Below are positions 1 to 30,205 of a DNA stretch of 64,000 bases, piece after piece (the first letter of the stretch is position 1; each line of letters opens with the position of its first letter). Under the pieces are notes generated by a model. The model ran no database searches and was not told the origin of the DNA. It worked only from the letters and a program-made list of their open reading frames with translations. A program made the position numbers and the translations under genes. Source of the stretch: Macrostomum lignano (lineage: Eukaryota); the NCBI GenBank assembly GCA_002269645.1, contig NIVC01001835.1, forward strand, positions 37,046-101,045, written 5' to 3'.

Positions 1-46
1 TATCAAATCGCAAAAACCATCAATATCAACACACTTTGACCTGCAG

Positions 47-480
47 GCCTCACAGCGCTGCACATGCTCACCACAGCGAGTAACCGCGGACCCGGCGTCA
101 ACCTCCGCATCCAGATGACCTTCTGGAACGGTACAGAGGCCTTTGCCGAATACACCGGCTTCCAAGTGGCCGGCCACGAGGCCAATTTTAGCATGACCTA
201 CTCACAGATGAGCAAGTCCAAGTCCAGCGTGTTCTACGACGCGCTGGCCGACGGCAAAGGCGCCGGTTTCTCCACCTACGATCGGGATCGCGACAGAGAT
301 TCGGGTTCCTGCTCGCAGACCTGGGGCCGCGGCGGCTGGTGGTTCGGGGCCTGCTACAAGTTCTATCCTAACGACCTGTACCCACCGGGGGGCCGGAATC
401 TGGACTGGAAGTACATGAAGTGGGCCTCGAATAAGGAGATCGTATCGCTAAGCAGCGTTTTGATGATGGTCCAGATTTGA
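47..480 (+). CDS. Terminal exon of a fibrinogen C-terminal domain (FReD) protein; gene starts upstream of the window
   Basis: Acceptor ctgcag at 41-46, then (G)LTALHMLT...LRIQMTFWNG...FSTYDRDRD...CSQTWGRGGWWFGAC...MKW...MMVQI-stop, the typical FReD C-terminal motifs. Confidence 0.85.
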
Positions 481-789
481 AGGCTTACTAGCACTTGAAC
501 TATACGAGCTGGTATATTAAAAAGACGACTAACTATGCATATTCGGTATTAATTTCAGCTCTACCAGCTAAACTCAATAAGAAATGAATAGTTTTATATG
601 ATCTTGACTAATCAATCAATACTAATATACTCGTATATGTATGCACGTGACCGATATGAGGCACTTTTGATTATTTATCTAATCTACATGTTGTATCATA
701 GGCGTATAATTCCTTGTACTCCAGTGGGACCTACCCCATGTTCTCCACTGTGATACCCCCTCCCTCCCGTGACATCTCTCATGCTCTCT

Positions 790-2262
790 ACTGTGGCACC
801 CCCTGTTCCCCGGTGTGACATCCACTGTTCAACCAGTGTGGCATCCCCTGCTCAACCAGTGTGGCATCCCCTGTTACTAGTGTGGCATCCCCTGTTCCCC
901 AGTGTGGCATCCCCTGTTCCCCAGTGTGGCATCCCCTGTTCCCAGTGTGGCATCCCCTGTTCCCCAGTGTGGCATCCCCTGTTCCCAGTGTGGCATCCCC
1001 TGTTCCCAGTGTGGCATCCCCTGTTCCCCAGTGTAGCCTCCCCTGTTCCCCAGTGTGGCATCCCCTGTTCCCCAGTGTGGCATCCCCTGTTCCTCAGTGT
1101 GGCATCCCCTGTTCCCCAGTGTGGCATCCCCTGTTCCTCACTGTGGCATCCCATGTTCCCCAGTGTGGCATCCCCTGTTCCTCAGTGTGGCATCCCCTGT
1201 TCCCCAGTGTGGCATCCTCTGTTCACCAGTGTGGCATCCCATGTTCCCCAGTGTGGCATCCCCTGTTCCTCAGTGTGGCATCCTATGTTCCCCAGTGTGG
1301 CATCCCCTGTTCCCCAGTGTGGCATCCCCTGTTCCTCAGTGTGGCATCCCCTGTTCCCCAGTGTGGCATCCCCTGTTCCCCAGTGTGGCATCCCCTGTTC
1401 CTCAGTGTGGCATCCCCTGTTCCCCAGTGTGGCATCCCCTGTTCCTCAGTGTGGCATCCCATGTTCCCCAGTGTGGCATCCCCTGTTCCTCAGTGTGGCA
1501 TCCCCTGTTCCCCAGTGTGGCATCCTCTGTTCACCAGTGTGGCATCCCCTGTTCCCCAGTGTGGCACCCCCTGTTCCCCGGTGTGACATCCCCTGTTCAA
1601 CCAGTGTGGCATCCCCTGCTCAACCAGTGTGGCATCCCCTGTTCCCAGTGTGGCATCCCCTGTTCCCCAGTGTGGCATCCCCTGTTCCTCAGTGTGGCAT
1701 CCCCTGTTCCCCAGTGTGGCATCCCCTGTTCCTCAGTGTGGCATCCCATGTTCCCCAGTGTGGCATCCCCTGTTCCCCAGTGTGGCATCCCCTGTTCCTC
1801 AGTGTGGCATCCCATGTTCCCCAGTGTGGCATCCCCTGTTCCTCAGTGTGGCATCCCCTGTTCCCCAGTGTGGCATCCCCTGTTCCCCAGTGTGGCATCC
1901 CCTGTTCCCCAGTGTGGCATCCCCTGTTCCTCAGTCTGGCATCCCCTGTTCCCCAGTGGCATCCCCTGTTCCCCAGTGTGGCATCCCCTGCTCAACCAGT
2001 GTTGCATCCCCTGTTCCTCAGTGTGGCCTCCCCTGTTCCCCAGTGTGGCATCCCCTGTTCCCCAGTGTGGCATCCCCTGTTCCCCAGTGTGGCATCCCTT
2101 GCTCCCCAGTGTGGCATCCCCTGTTCCCCAGGGTGGCATCCCCTGTTCCCTAGTGTGGCATCCCCTGTTCCCCAGGGTGGCATCCCCTGCTCAACCAGTG
2201 TGGCATCCCCTGTTCCCCAGGGTGGCATCCCCTGCTCAACCAGTGTGGCATCCCCTGTTCTC
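790..2262. repeat. 22-bp minisatellite (TTCCCCAGTGTGGCATCCCCTG)n
   Basis: Directly visible; the overlapping ORFs show a 22-aa (3-unit) periodicity. Confidence 0.95.
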
Positions 2263-3234
2263 CCAGAAAAGAATGGCAGCCGAGGAGCAGAACAGCAGAA
2301 GTACCGATTATAGAGCTGTGGCTGGCACAGATATAAACACTTTTTATTAGCTATACAAATAATTCCTTTACTTTCAAACGAGCTCATGCGGTTACTAACG
2401 CATCGGGTGCCGTTATATGATATGCTATTTATAACTTTCGTACAGTTTCAAACACAAAAATTTATTAGCAAAAGTGTTATAAATCGTCACTTTTTACAGA
2501 TTATTAATAAGGCCTTTCTTTATACCATTATTGAGTAAAAACTTCAGTTAAATTGCAATAATAAATATTTTGGCTCGAGACATACACATGATAAAAATGT
2601 AATATTGGAAATGTTTATTACAAATCTCTTTGTAAACACAACATTTGCTACTTATTAAAATAGCAATAGTAAGCTATTAATCGTGAAGGGAATCAGCTGT
2701 TATAAAGGAATTTTACATTGCATAGCAACAACAAGCGACGTTTTGACAACAAAAAGAGTTAATAATAATTATAATCAGTTACTACTATTAAAATTGTATA
2801 TATTATTAAAAACAGCCAAGGAGGAAATTAACTGGCACAAATTCGGTAATAACTGTTAACCGCACAGCCAGATGGATGATGTTACCTGTATGCCGCACTG
2901 CATCAGACATTACACTGTAGTAAATGTAGCCCTGTCTACAACTATAAAATATGATCATTTTGGTCCAATTATTAAAACTGCTGTCCTGACACAGCGCACA
3001 ACACAGTTGATGAAAAAAACACATTTTTAAGGCTTAGCGCAGATTTTAGCACTGAAGAAGGGCTGCAGATGACTGACAGGACAGCGAAGTAATTGCAAAT
3101 TTTACAACATTTCAATTGTATTATACATGAAATATTCTCCCATGTTCGACTACTATGCCGGCATGAAGGTTGGCCAAGAAAGAAATTCGAAAAATAAGTT
3201 AACTGGTTAGCAATATATCGGCTGGCTAAATGGC

Positions 3235-3266
3235 AGTCAGACAGGCAGACAGACAGGCAGACAGAC

Positions 3267-3351
<85 letters not shown>

Positions 3352-3388
3352 GGCGGACAGACAGGCAGACAGACAGGCAGACAGACAC

Positions 3389-3431
<43 letters not shown>

Positions 3432-3476
3432 GGCAGGCAGACAGACTGACAGACAGACAGACAGACAGACAGACAC

Positions 3477-3561
<85 letters not shown>

Positions 3562-3638
3562 AAGACAGACAGACAGACAGACAGACAGACAGCCAGACAG
3601 ACAGACAGACAGACAGACTGGCAGACAGATAGACAGAA

Positions 3639-3671
<33 letters not shown>

Positions 3672-3688
3672 CAGACAGACAGACAGAC

Positions 3689-3726
<38 letters not shown>

Positions 3727-3778
3727 GCAGACAAACAGACAGACAGACAGACACAAAGACAGACAGACAGACAGACAG

Positions 3779-3810
<32 letters not shown>

Positions 3811-3846
3811 GCGGACAGACAGGCAGACAGACAGGCAGACAGACAC

Positions 3847-3877
<31 letters not shown>

Positions 3878-3928
3878 GGCAGGCAGACAGACAGACAGAC
3901 AGCCAGACAGACAGCCAGACAGACAGCC

Positions 3929-3969
<41 letters not shown>

Positions 3970-3972
3970 GGC

Positions 3973-4005
<33 letters not shown>

Positions 4006-4135
4006 GGCAGGCAGACAGACAGACAGACAGACAGACAGACAGGCGGACAGACAGACACACAGACAGGCAGACAGACAGGCAGGCAGGCAGACAGACAGAC
4101 AGACAGAAAGACACACAGACAGGCAGACAGACAGA
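3235..4135. repeat. (CAGA)n tetranucleotide microsatellite
   Basis: Directly visible, with CAGG/CACA variants. Confidence 0.97.
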
Positions 4136-4464
4136 CAAAATACAAACATAAAAAGAGGAACAGAGGACATACAAAAATACAGACAAGCAGAAGTCAGCAC
4201 TATCAAATCGGTGAGACAACATTGAAAAATCAAACTTATAATTAAGCATAGTACAGCTAGAAGCACATGAGGAGATAAAGTTAGAATTGATCAAGCGGTT
4301 AAGCAAAGAAAAACAAAATAAAGAAATAAAAAATATACGCTCAATTTCAAAGGTACTGATGGACGCCTATCTGTGTCTGTAGTAGAATCACACGTTAGCA
4401 GCAAGCTATTATTGCAATAATAATTATTAACATATTCATATATTACACAGATTACATAGTTATC

Positions 4465-17734
<13,270 letters not shown>

Positions 17735-18784
17735 TTTTAATTATCAATGCTATGGCCTTCAACTTAAATCCATGAGACAGTTTGCAGCAAGGTAAATTCC
17801 AAAACATTATTAATACAAAATTAATATGAGTAGCTTTAATATACAATGATTTTTATATGCCTAAATTAGCAAATAAATATCAAAATCTCACTAGAGTCCC
17901 TATTGTAAGGACTAAACTCTTTGTTTATCATAGTACTATATAACTATTGTCAAAGTATAAGCAATCCCAATTCCAAAAGCCACAATTCTCATGGCTAGGG
18001 CCTATAGGATATATTTGGCAATAATATTTTTAATGTTTATGCCAATTTATTCCCATAGGGCCATATATTCTAATCTATCACTATCAGTTTATTAAGAAAC
18101 CATTGCTAATAATGATGCTATGCAAAAATGAGATAAAGGGTTCAGTTTTACTTTTTTGTGGCTGTGGGGGGTAGGCCTAGTTTATTGGCAGTTGACAAAG
18201 TGACCGAGGTTTAAGATCATTTCATTGGCTAGTTAACAAAACAACCAGTGATAAAACCGAGTTGACAAAATAGCCAATTGACAAAATGACTAGGATCCTT
18301 TTGTGCTCAGTTCATACTTTTTTGTGAATGAGTTCATACTAAAAGACATAGAAGGTGGCTATATCCTTCATACAGAATCTATTTGATATTGGAAACAGTG
18401 GCAATCTTATTATTGCCAAAAATAAAAGTGATGGTACTATTATATATGCTTATATGGCAAATGTGCCCTTACATTAGAAGCTCATACATTATAATAGATA
18501 CAACTGCCATTTTGATATAATATAAGTAGGGCCTAATGTTTCCAAAAAATGTCCAACTTTTCTAATCTAGGGCCTAGGCAAGCAAATATATCAATTTGAA
18601 TTAGCTAGATTATGTGGCTATCTTATAGTATAGTATTAGGCCTATAATCATTTGTTAAATAATTTTTTCTCTTGAATTCAATTCCTGTTTATTTTTAAGC
18701 CCTAATATCTATATATTATATAGGCTTAAATTAAATTATATTGTTAAGTTCTCTATCAATTTAAGTTATATTATATATAGCCTG

Positions 18785-19074
18785 ATTGCAGCGCATGGGC
18801 ATTTTGGCGGACGGCGTCCGGCGTGGATCAGCCTGCGCGGCGCAGCATTGGTGGTGGACCAGGGGTAAGTCGCAAAAATGCCACCCCATAGAATATGGGC
18901 GTAGTACTAATTAGATGCCGAGGCATTTAGGCTTGATAAGACAGTCATAGTTACTCCTGCCGTTTACCCAAAACTGCGTTAATTTTGCTTTAGGGTTTCT
19001 TTCACAGGTAAGTCATTTCACAGCGTGGCGCAGGTTGTGTAGGCGTCTGGCGTACTTAAGCCATGCGCTGCAAT
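18785..19074. mobile_element. Candidate 290-bp MITE with 14-bp TIRs carrying a 28S rRNA-like fragment
   Basis: ATTGCAGCGCATGG (18785-18798) and CCATGCGCTGCAAT (19061-19074) are exact reverse complements; a 28S-like 63-mer lies at 18907-18969 (minus). No clear TSD seen. Confidence 0.5.
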
Positions 19075-20091
19075 AGGGGCCTATAGTATTATGTTGTCAA
19101 AACTTTAATTAATAAATAAACCTCAAACTTAAATGGTACACCAAAGAGGTACTCCAAATAGTATTACAGCATACTGATGCTTTTGTGGTGATAAAACCCT
19201 AGACATAGCCTAATACTATACTATAGCCATAGGAAAATTTCATTATAAGATATAAGTTAATACTATAGGTAAAGTAGATTAGATATAATGCCAATGGAAA
19301 GGCTTATATACAGGGACGGTTTTAAACTGTATTTAACTTAACCAAGGTCTTGGACAATAGCTTTAACACTTACACACTTTTAAGTCCTACGACACAAGTA
19401 CAGCACATACGCGTGGCGTGGGATAGGGCCCAATAAGATAGGATGGGACCATTCGCAAAATCTGCGGATTTCCGAGATATTTCTAAATTTAGAAATATGA
19501 TATAAGTAAATAAAACAAAGTTTTAACACTAATAGTTATAGCGTAATACAAATAGTTTTTAGTATATTAGATGTATCTTAACAAAAATCTACAGAATTTA
19601 CAATATTTTCTAAAATATTCTAAATACATTTGCAATTGTTTATACATAAGCGTCATTTGCAATATTTAACACGCCAAGTGTCATATTTTATTGCCCCTAG
19701 CCAAAGGCGTACTTCAGTCTTTCGATAACATTATATACCGGTTTGATACACCATTAAAGGTAAGTACTCGTTCATAATTAATATGACCAAGGGCTATAGT
19801 CAGTACCTGATAAGTATAGTACATTATGCTTCCATCGATAGCACACAGGCGTGACACAGCTAGTTGCATGCTCGAAATAATTTGTTCTTTGTATAAAAAT
19901 ATTTATTTGCATACGTGATGTAACGTCACATTTTTATAGTATATTGCTGCAGTATATTTAATACGAACAAAATTACATGCTATAAAAATCAAGTGCAACT
20001 TTTAAATGCCAGCTTTTTGTCCATAGCAGCAAATCGCTCAATCTACCAAGAAATATTTTGTAAATTTTTCAGCAAGCGAATTGATGATCAC

Positions 20092-24371
<4,280 letters not shown>

Positions 24372-25291
24372 GTGAGTAGATAAATGCAAAATACTTTTGG
24401 AAAGCAGTGAATAAGTTTTTGCCTGAAATATTGCTCAATAGTACCAAAAGTAGCACCGTAACAGCATGCGAGCTTTCGTTTCTTGGAACTATTCTAATAC
24501 GCTTTCCTACGAGATCAAGAATCTTAAACCTTCAAATATATTTTCTAAGAAATGAAAGATCGTATCTGCTACGCATATGATATGCGCGTTAAGTATTGTA
24601 AGAAAGGGCAAGAGGAACTAGAATTTTATATTTAATGGAAGAAGAAGTCGTGCCATTAGTAAATACATGTAAGTATTCACTACCGGTCTGGACTTTAGTC
24701 GAATGCACTGTAATATATTATATTATAAATACGGTCCACACAAAGCAAAAAAACTGAGGTAGAAATAACTAATAAAGATACATGATATTAAATAGTAATT
24801 TCATCGATCGAAACAAAATGAACACTGCTCTTCATACACCATATATTACGCACTGCAATGCCGCACTAAACATTTGGAAACACGCACTAGAGATTTTGAA
24901 TCTCAAATTTTAAATTTCAAAGAGCTCTTGGGTTGTAAAAATTCACTTTTTTGTTTAGTTTAAACTTTTTACGTATAAAGAAAAAATCTGATAAACAATT
25001 TGAAATGTTTCGCGCGATTTTGAATAGTATAAGCGTACAATTATAACAAAAACTATTTTAATAACTAAGACAGACTAGTAGCGCAGCTAGAAGTTTTTGA
25101 TTTGCAACACTGATTTTAACAAAAAATCAAGTTGCATTGTTAATTTCTCGACATTTTAAGCCCTTTAGCAGCTAGTTTTATTAGAATTATAATATCCATT
25201 GGAACTTACAACTACCAGGTTTAAAAACTATTAAATCTAAAGGAAAATGTTTCAGGTCAAACAAAGACTCAAAACTAAGTGTATTCTTTTG

Positions 25292-25322
25292 TTAATCTTT
25301 ATTGGCTAATTGATGAGTCATG

Positions 25323-25363
<41 letters not shown>

Positions 25364-25963
25364 GGACAGAGTTCTAGCTACCCGTTTCCGATGATGCTCC
25401 TCGCGTTTCTCGTACTCTTGTGGATCGAAGCCGCGCACCAGCAGGGCGGTGAGATTCTGCTGATGAGGCCTGTGAGGATGTCGCTGCTGCTGTCGGTGTT
25501 GATGATGGTGGCGATGTCTATCGTGATAATCCTGCCGTTTCTGATAGCGCTGATGATGATGGTACTGATAGTGTCCTCCGGTCAGACTCCAAATTGGCGT
25601 GGAAGTCGCTGGAGCCATCGACGATTGACGCGGCGGCGAACAGGGCTGACCGCTGCCGGCAGGGGCTGCGGGCGGCGTCAGGCAGTCAGCGGAACCGGCG
25701 CTTCCGCCGGACTTGTCGACAGCCCGAGCCAGGCGCTGCGGCAGGCTGCTGATCAGCCGGATGCCGCCGCCGCCGCCGCCGTTGGCAAACCTCTTGGCAT
25801 CTGCCAGACGGCCCAAGAAGTTGTTGCCATCGACTTGAGCCAGTTTGACTCCGCACGGCGCCCGGACCAGCACAGCGTCGGTGGAGTCAATCGAAGCGGC
25901 CGCCGACGATCTGGAAGATGTCGTTGCTACTGACGCGTCTAGCTTAGAATCTGATGAGCCCAT
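25292..25963 (-). CDS. 223-aa low-complexity protein with N-myristoylation-type start (MGSSDSK), His/Gln-rich C-terminus
   Basis: GC-rich coding-like ORF between AT-rich flanks, AG acceptor immediately before ATG (ttaaaag/catg), MGxxxSK consensus. No family recognised. Confidence 0.6.
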
Positions 25964-26395
25964 GCTTTTAATCGAAATAATTGCAGCCGTTCCAGTTAGA
26001 ACCGGCTTACTTATATATAGTCGCATGTGAAACTCTCCTCCCGCTGTTTTGGTTAGCAAGATTCATATGCGGGCATGTTGAGCCACACCCTGGCTTGACT
26101 CCACTGTGTTCCAATCTTCCATTTCCATTGCGTAATGCGAGAGAATATTGTGCAAGTAGTAAGGCCTGGGTTAGACTACATTTTAGTAGCTTCTCTCAAG
26201 CCGCGACTGACTCCACTGACTCATGCATCTAGCGCGGTCGATTACTAGCTATAGTAATAGTACATGTCATGGACAAATGAATTAAAAGGACGCCAAATTA
26301 AATTTTCTTAGAAACGCATAAAGCTACATTCGAGAGAGAGAAAGCATAGCGCTGAATGGGGCTTCGTCATAGAAAAATCTCGTTGAGTAAAATCT

Positions 26396-28070
26396 TCAAC
26401 TCCTGACTTCTGAACTCAGCAACTCCTGACCAAGCAACTCCTGACCAAGCAACTCTTGACCAAGCAACTCCTGACCAAGCAACTCCTGACCAAGCAACTC
26501 CTGACCAAGCAACTCCTGACCAAGCAACTCCTGACCAAGCAACTCCTGACCAAGCAACTCCTGACCAAGCAACTCCTGACCAAGCAACTCCTGACCAAGC
26601 AACTCCTGACCAAGCAACTCCTGACCCACCAGCTCCTGACCCACCAACTCCTGACCAAGCAACTCCTGACCCACTAACTCTTGACCCACCAACTCCTGAC
26701 CAAGCAACTCCTGACCCACCAACTCTTGACCCACCAACTCTTGACCCACCAACTCCTGACCAAGCAACTCCTGACCCACCAACTCTTGACCCACCAACTC
26801 CTGACCAAGCAACTCCTGACCAAGCAACTCCTGACCCACCAACTCTTGACCCACCAACTCCTGACCAAGCAACTCCTGACCAAGCAACTTCTGACCCACC
26901 AACTCCTGACCCACCAACTCCTGACCCACCAACTCCTGACCCACCAACTCCTGACCCACCAACTCCTGACCCACCAACTCCTGACCCACCAACTCCTGAC
27001 CCACCAACTCCTGACCCACCAACTCCTGACCAAGCAACCCATGGCCAAGCAACCCATGGCCAAGCAACTCATGGCCAAGCAACTCCTGACCCACCAACTC
27101 CTGACCAAGCAACTCCTGACCAAGCAACTCCTGACCAAGCAACTCCTGACCCACCAACTCCTGACCAAGCAACTCCTGATCAAGCAACTCCTGACCAAGC
27201 AACTCCTGACCCACAACTCCTGACCCACCAACTCCTGTCCCACCAACTCCTGTCCCACCAACTCCTGTCCCACCAACTCTTGACCCACAAACTTCTGACC
27301 CACTAACTCCGGACCCACCAACTTCTGACCCACTAACTCCTGACCAAGCAACTCCTGACCAAGCAACTCCTGACCTAACAACTCCTGACCAAGCAACTCC
27401 TGACCCACTAACTCCTGACCCACCAACTCCTGACCCACCAACTCCTGACCCACCAGCTCCTGACCCACCAACTCCTGACCAAGCAACTCCTGACCCACTA
27501 ACTCCTGACCAAGCAACTCTTGACCCACCAACTCCTGACCAAGCAACTCCTGACCAAGCAACTTCTGACCCACCAACTCCTGACCCACCAACTCCTGACC
27601 CACCAACTCCTGACCCACCAACTCCTGACCCACCAACTCCTGACCCACCAACTCCTGACCCACCAACTCCTGACCCACCAACTCCTGACCCACCAACTCC
27701 TAACCCACCAACTCCTGACCCACCAACTCCTGACCCACCAACTCCTGACCAAGCAACTCCTGACCCACCAACTCCTGACCAACCAACTCCTGACCAAGCA
27801 ACTCCTGACCAAGCAACTCCTGACCCACCAACTCCTGACCAAGCAACTCCTGACCCACCAACTCCTGACCAAGCAACTCCTGACCAAGCAACTCCTGACC
27901 CACCAACTCCTGACCCACCAACTCCTGACCCACCAACTCCTGACCCACCAACTCCTGACCAAGCAACTCCTGAACAAGCAACTCCTGATCCACCCACTCC
28001 TGACCAAGCAAATCCTGACCAAGCAACTCCTGACCCACCAACTTCTGACCCAACAGCTCCTAACCCAATT
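26396..28070. repeat. 15-bp minisatellite with two alternating variants (CTCCTGACCCACCAA / CTCCTGACCAAGCAA)
   Basis: Directly visible; source of the GQELL/GGSGV shadow ORFs. Confidence 0.95.
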
Positions 28071-28174
28071 TAGTCTCTTAGTTAACGCAGAAACTCCCAA
28101 ACTCCTGTACTCCAGAAACTCCATAATTCCCACATGTATGAATTTCATTCATGTTCCATTTCCTAACCACCCAG

Positions 28175-28357
28175 CTGAACGAGACGACCACCCACGGCGG
28201 AAGCGACAGAGAATCAACGGAACTTCGCAGGCGTCGCCAATTCCAGCGAAGTCCTTCGCAGCTGGCTGACGTTCTCTGCGGCGATGATGACGAGATCGGT
28301 GACGATGGAGCCAGTAGCAACGGTGGGGGCACAACGCTCTCCTCAGACGAGACGGCT
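28175..28357 (+). CDS. Putative internal exon (61 codons, phase 0-0), product unknown
   Basis: cccag acceptor, gtaagt donor, open frame LNETTTHGG...SSDETA, coding-like composition. Confidence 0.45.
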
Positions 28358-28671
28358 GTAAGTCTAACATGAGTCGCACATGGGATCTGCCGGTATAGGG
28401 GCGATGAAAGCGTCCATCTCGAGTTCTCGATTCTGTGTACTTTTCATGCAATTCGCGCTCATGCGGGTCATTGGGCAAGCCTGTGTTAGCGGAATGGGCA
28501 TGACTGCTCGCCTCCTCGCTGACTAAGCACCCCCCCCCCTGTTGGAGAGGAGTCGCTTTCTCAAACCCTAATTTTCACAACGTCGAAAAGCCGTGCACAG
28601 AATTTCATAAGCTCTGAATTTCATAAGCTCTGAATTTCACAACGCCTAAAAGCACTATGGGGATACAATTT

Positions 28672-29340
28672 AGGGCGAAAGATTTATGGTGAAAGATTTA
28701 GGGCAAAAGATTTAGGGTGAAAGATTTAGGGCGAAAGATTTAGGGTGAAAGATTTAGGGTGAAAGATTTAGGGCAAAAGATTTAGGGCGAAAGATTTAGG
28801 GTAAAAGATTTAGGGTGAAAGATTTAGGGCGAAAGATTCAGGGTGAAAGATTTAGAGTGAAAGATTTAGGGCGAAAGATTTAGGGCGAAATATTCAGGGT
28901 GAAAGATTTAGAGTAAAAGATTTAGGGCGAAAGATTTAGGGCGAAATATTCAGGGTGAAAGATTTAGGGTGAAATATTTAGGGCGAAAGATTTAGAGCGA
29001 AAGATTTAGGGTGAAAGATTTAGGGCGAAAGATTTAGGGTGAAAGATTTAGGGCGAAAGATTTAGGGCGAAAGATTTAGGGTGAAAGATTTAGGGCGAAA
29101 GATTTAGAGTGAAAGATTTAGGGTGAAAGATTTAGGGTGAAAGATTTAGGGTGAAAGATTTAGGGCGAAAGATTTAGGGTGAAAGATTTAGGGTGAAAGA
29201 TTTAGGGCGAAATATTCAGGGTGAAATATTTAGGGCGAAAGATTTAGGGCGAAAGATTTAGAGTGAAAGATTTAGGGTGAAAGATTTAGGGTGAAAGATT
29301 TAGAGTGAAAGATTTAGGGCGAAAGATTTAGGGCGAAAGA
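28672..29340. repeat. 14-bp satellite (GATTTAGGGYGAAA)n containing the telomere-like TTTAGGG
   Basis: Directly visible. Confidence 0.93.
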
Positions 29341-29344
29341 TCGT

Positions 29345-29400
29345 ATCTCGAACCAGGACGCGAGAATCAGACACGTTTACCGCTGAGCTGCTCTGCCTCC
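29345..29400 (-). mobile_element. tRNA-like (pol III A/B box) head, probably a different SINE family
   Basis: Minus strand GGAGGCAGAGCAGCTCAGCGGTAAAC...CCTGGTTCGAGA abutting the 14-bp satellite. Confidence 0.4.
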
Positions 29401-29503
29401 TAGCTTGAGACAAGGTCCGATATAGCAGTTTCAATAAGACACTGTAGGTCCTAGTGATCCTTGGTTTGACTTGAGCGTTTACTGCTCAATTATTGCACAT
29501 ATT

Positions 29504-29795
29504 GGGGTTGCAGCCTAGTGGTTAGAGAGTCCGACTCACGACTTGAAGGTCGAGGGTTCGATTCTCGATCCACTCAGAAGAATTTGTATCCTTGAGCAAG
29601 ACACTTAACTCTGCATTGCTTCAGTCCACCCAGCTGTAAAATGGGTGCCAGCAGTAGCTGGGGTAGCTGAGGGGGTGTGTGGCGACCCCCCAGTCCTTGG
29701 ACTGAACAGCCGTACGCAGCCTTCAGATGCGCCGCGCAATAGCTGCGGCTGAGCTGTCGGTTGCACATCTGGCCCTAATTGGGGAAGTGCAATCA
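29504..29795 (+). mobile_element. tRNA-derived CORE-like SINE, second copy
   Basis: Collinear with the reverse complement of 14870-15161 along head, CORE and 3' body. Confidence 0.85.
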
Positions 29796-29837
29796 TATTT
29801 TTATAATCGCACCCCATACATTTTCCTACTAAATTAG

Positions 29838-30205
29838 CCGTCGCACACTAAGTTGACTCCAGCAGCAGCTTCCGCGGCTCATCGCGACTCCAGCTTGACC
29901 GATGAAGAAGAATCCGCTAAAGAACAAGCTGACTTGCAGCTGCATCAGAAGACAAAGAAGACAAAGAAAAGCTGGCATCGACGACTTGCCGCTTTAAAAC
30001 CGGCGAAGCTGCTGCAGACTACGGCGGGCAGCTCCCCAAGGCACAGCAGCAGTCCTGCAGGAGGTGCGCACGGCAAAGATAAGTCAGCTGACTTCCGCTC
30101 AGCTGAGCCAGCATTGGCAACGGCAACGCAGGACCTGAGGATGGAGATGTCTCGGTGGAATTTCGATTACAGCGAGGTTGAAATCGACAATGAGGTGGAA
30201 TTTCG
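29838..30205 (+). CDS. Putative internal exon (phase 0-2), product unknown
   Basis: aattag acceptor, gtgagt donor, frame compatible with exon 28175-28357; no downstream exon found. Confidence 0.45.

Noticed and set aside
769-2350. Long Cys/Pro-rich ORFs (514, 431 aa and others)
   Set aside because: Shadow translations of a stop-free 22-bp minisatellite in several frames; no splice or domain evidence.
2972-4306. VCLS/DRQT ORFs of 300-444 aa
   Set aside because: Translations of (CAGA)n.
26396-28269. 533-aa GGSGV/GQELL structural-protein-like ORF
   Set aside because: 15-bp repeat open in many frames on both strands; the motif changes at phase slips.
29504-29575. tRNA gene (also 15090-15161)
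   Set aside because: Poor cloverleaf and anticodon stem, and followed by shared CORE and 3' body, so these are SINE heads.
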